Below, piece by piece: positions 13,756 through 14,938 of a DNA stretch of 14,938 nucleotides (the stretch's first letter is position 1; every line of letters starts with the position of its first letter). The notes beneath the pieces were generated by a model. It was given only the letters and a program-made list of their open reading frames with translations, searched no databases and had not been told where the DNA came from. This DNA comes from a virus (lineage: Duplodnaviria > Heunggongvirae > Uroviricota > Caudoviricetes), in IMG/VR virus record IMGVR_UViG_2690316148_000003; one strand, given 5' to 3'. The translations under genes and the position numbers were made by a program.

Positions 13756-14912
13756 TGTTCTTTTCGGGATTATTTCAACGAAAAAGCGATGTGCCGGTGA
13801 CCACGCCAGCAGAACTGGCTGATGCTATCGGGCTGTCATACGACACCTATACCGGAAAGCGGATCAGTAGCCAGCGGGCCATGCGCCTGACGGCGGTCTA
13901 TTCTTGCGTCAGGGTGCTGGCAGAGTCTGTTGGTATGCTGCCCTGCAGTCTCTACAAAATCAGCGGTACCCTGAAAACACGGGCGGTGGATGAACGACTG
14001 CATAAGTTGGTTTCGGCAAAACCTAATGGCTACATGACACCGCAGGAATTCTGGGAGCTGGTTATTGTCTGCCTGTGTCTACGGGGGAATTTTTACGCCT
14101 ACAAGGTAAAGGCACTGGGAGAAGTGGTGGAGCTTCTTCCGATAGATCCGGGCTGTGTGGAACCGAAGCTGAACAGCCAGTGGCAGCCGGTTTATCAGGT
14201 GACGTTTCCGGATGGTTCCGTGGATGTGTTGACCCAGAATGAAATCTGGCATGTGCGCACCCTGACGCTGGATGGACTTGTCGGGCTGAATCCCATTGCG
14301 TATGCGCGTGAGGCCATTTCACTGGCAGCGGCAACCGAGGAGCACGGTGCCAGGTTGTTTAGTAATGGTGCGGTGACATCCGGTGTGTTGCGTACGGAAC
14401 AAAAGCTCACGCCGGATGCTTACGAGCGTCTGAAGAAAGATTTTGAGGAGTGTCACACGGGGCTTGGCAATGCTCACCGCCCGATGATTCTGGAAATGGG
14501 GCTGGACTGGAAGTCGATGGCGCTGAACGCCGAGGACAGTCAGTTCCTGGAAACCCGCAAGTTTCAGCTGGAAGAAATCTGTCGTCTGTTCCGGGTGCCG
14601 TTGCACATGGTGCAGAACACCGATCGCGCCACCTTCAACAATATCGAAGAGCTGGGGCTGGGATTTATCAACTATTCACTGGTGCCGTATCTGACCCGCA
14701 TCGAACAGCGGATCAACACCGGACTGGTACGAAAAAGTAAGCAGGGCGTTTATTACGCCAAATTTAACGCCGGGGCGTTACTGCGCGGGGATATGAAGTC
14801 CCGTTTTGAAGCCTACGCCACCGGGATCAACTGGGGAATTTACTCTTCCAATGACTGCCGCGACCTGGAAGATATGAATCCGCGTCCCGGTGGTGTAATG
14901 CCGATCAGTTAA
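13755..14912 (+). CDS. Portal protein (HK97 family)
   Basis: 385 aa. GTG start preceded by GGAGGT. Position after terL and overall resemblance to HK97-type portal proteins. Confidence 0.85.
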   Translation: MFFSGLFQRKSDVPVTTPAELADAIGLSYDTYTGKRISSQRAMRLTAVYSCVRVLAESVGMLPCSLYKISGTLKTRAVDERLHKLVSAKPNGYMTPQEFWELVIVCLCLRGNFYAYKVKALGEVVELLPIDPGCVEPKLNSQWQPVYQVTFPDGSVDVLTQNEIWHVRTLTLDGLVGLNPIAYAREAISLAAATEEHGARLFSNGAVTSGVLRTEQKLTPDAYERLKKDFEECHTGLGNAHRPMILEMGLDWKSMALNAEDSQFLETRKFQLEEICRLFRVPLHMVQNTDRATFNNIEELGLGFINYSLVPYLTRIEQRINTGLVRKSKQGVYYAKFNAGALLRGDMKSRFEAYATGINWGIYSSNDCRDLEDMNPRPGGVMPIS

Positions 14913-14938
14913 GGATCAGTTGACCGATCCAGTGGCTG

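Noticed and set aside
12022-14606. Multiple minus-strand ORFs (60-132 aa) inside the terL and portal genes
   Set aside because: Antisense to long, well-supported structural genes; GC-rich shadow frames.

Overview
This window reads as one contiguous, almost entirely plus-strand segment of a lambdoid enterobacterial (pro)phage. All calls come from reading the sequence and from recalled protein-family knowledge; no searches or computations were run. In order: (1) the end of a replication module, with a 5'-truncated ORF carrying iteron-like tandem repeats, then a T7 gp4-like Toprim primase / SF4 helicase whose Walker A motif is interrupted by a ~341-aa intein with two LAGLIDADG motifs; (2) a nin-like region with small unknown ORFs, ninB, ninE, an oppositely oriented RelE/ParE-like toxin plus HTH antitoxin pair, three antirepressor-type genes, rusA and ninH; (3) the late antiterminator Q with a pR'-like promoter; (4) a late leader carrying two tRNA-like genes; (5) a phage-21-type lysis cassette (dual-start holin, SAR endolysin, Rz with embedded Rz1); (6) an HK97-type packaging module (HNH endonuclease, small and large terminase, portal). 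The intein is the most striking element; the toxin-antitoxin pair with its structured flanking intergenic region, the unknown ORFs at 3615-4621 and the ORF6N protein with an unassigned C-terminal half are the most plausible places for an undescribed accessory function.
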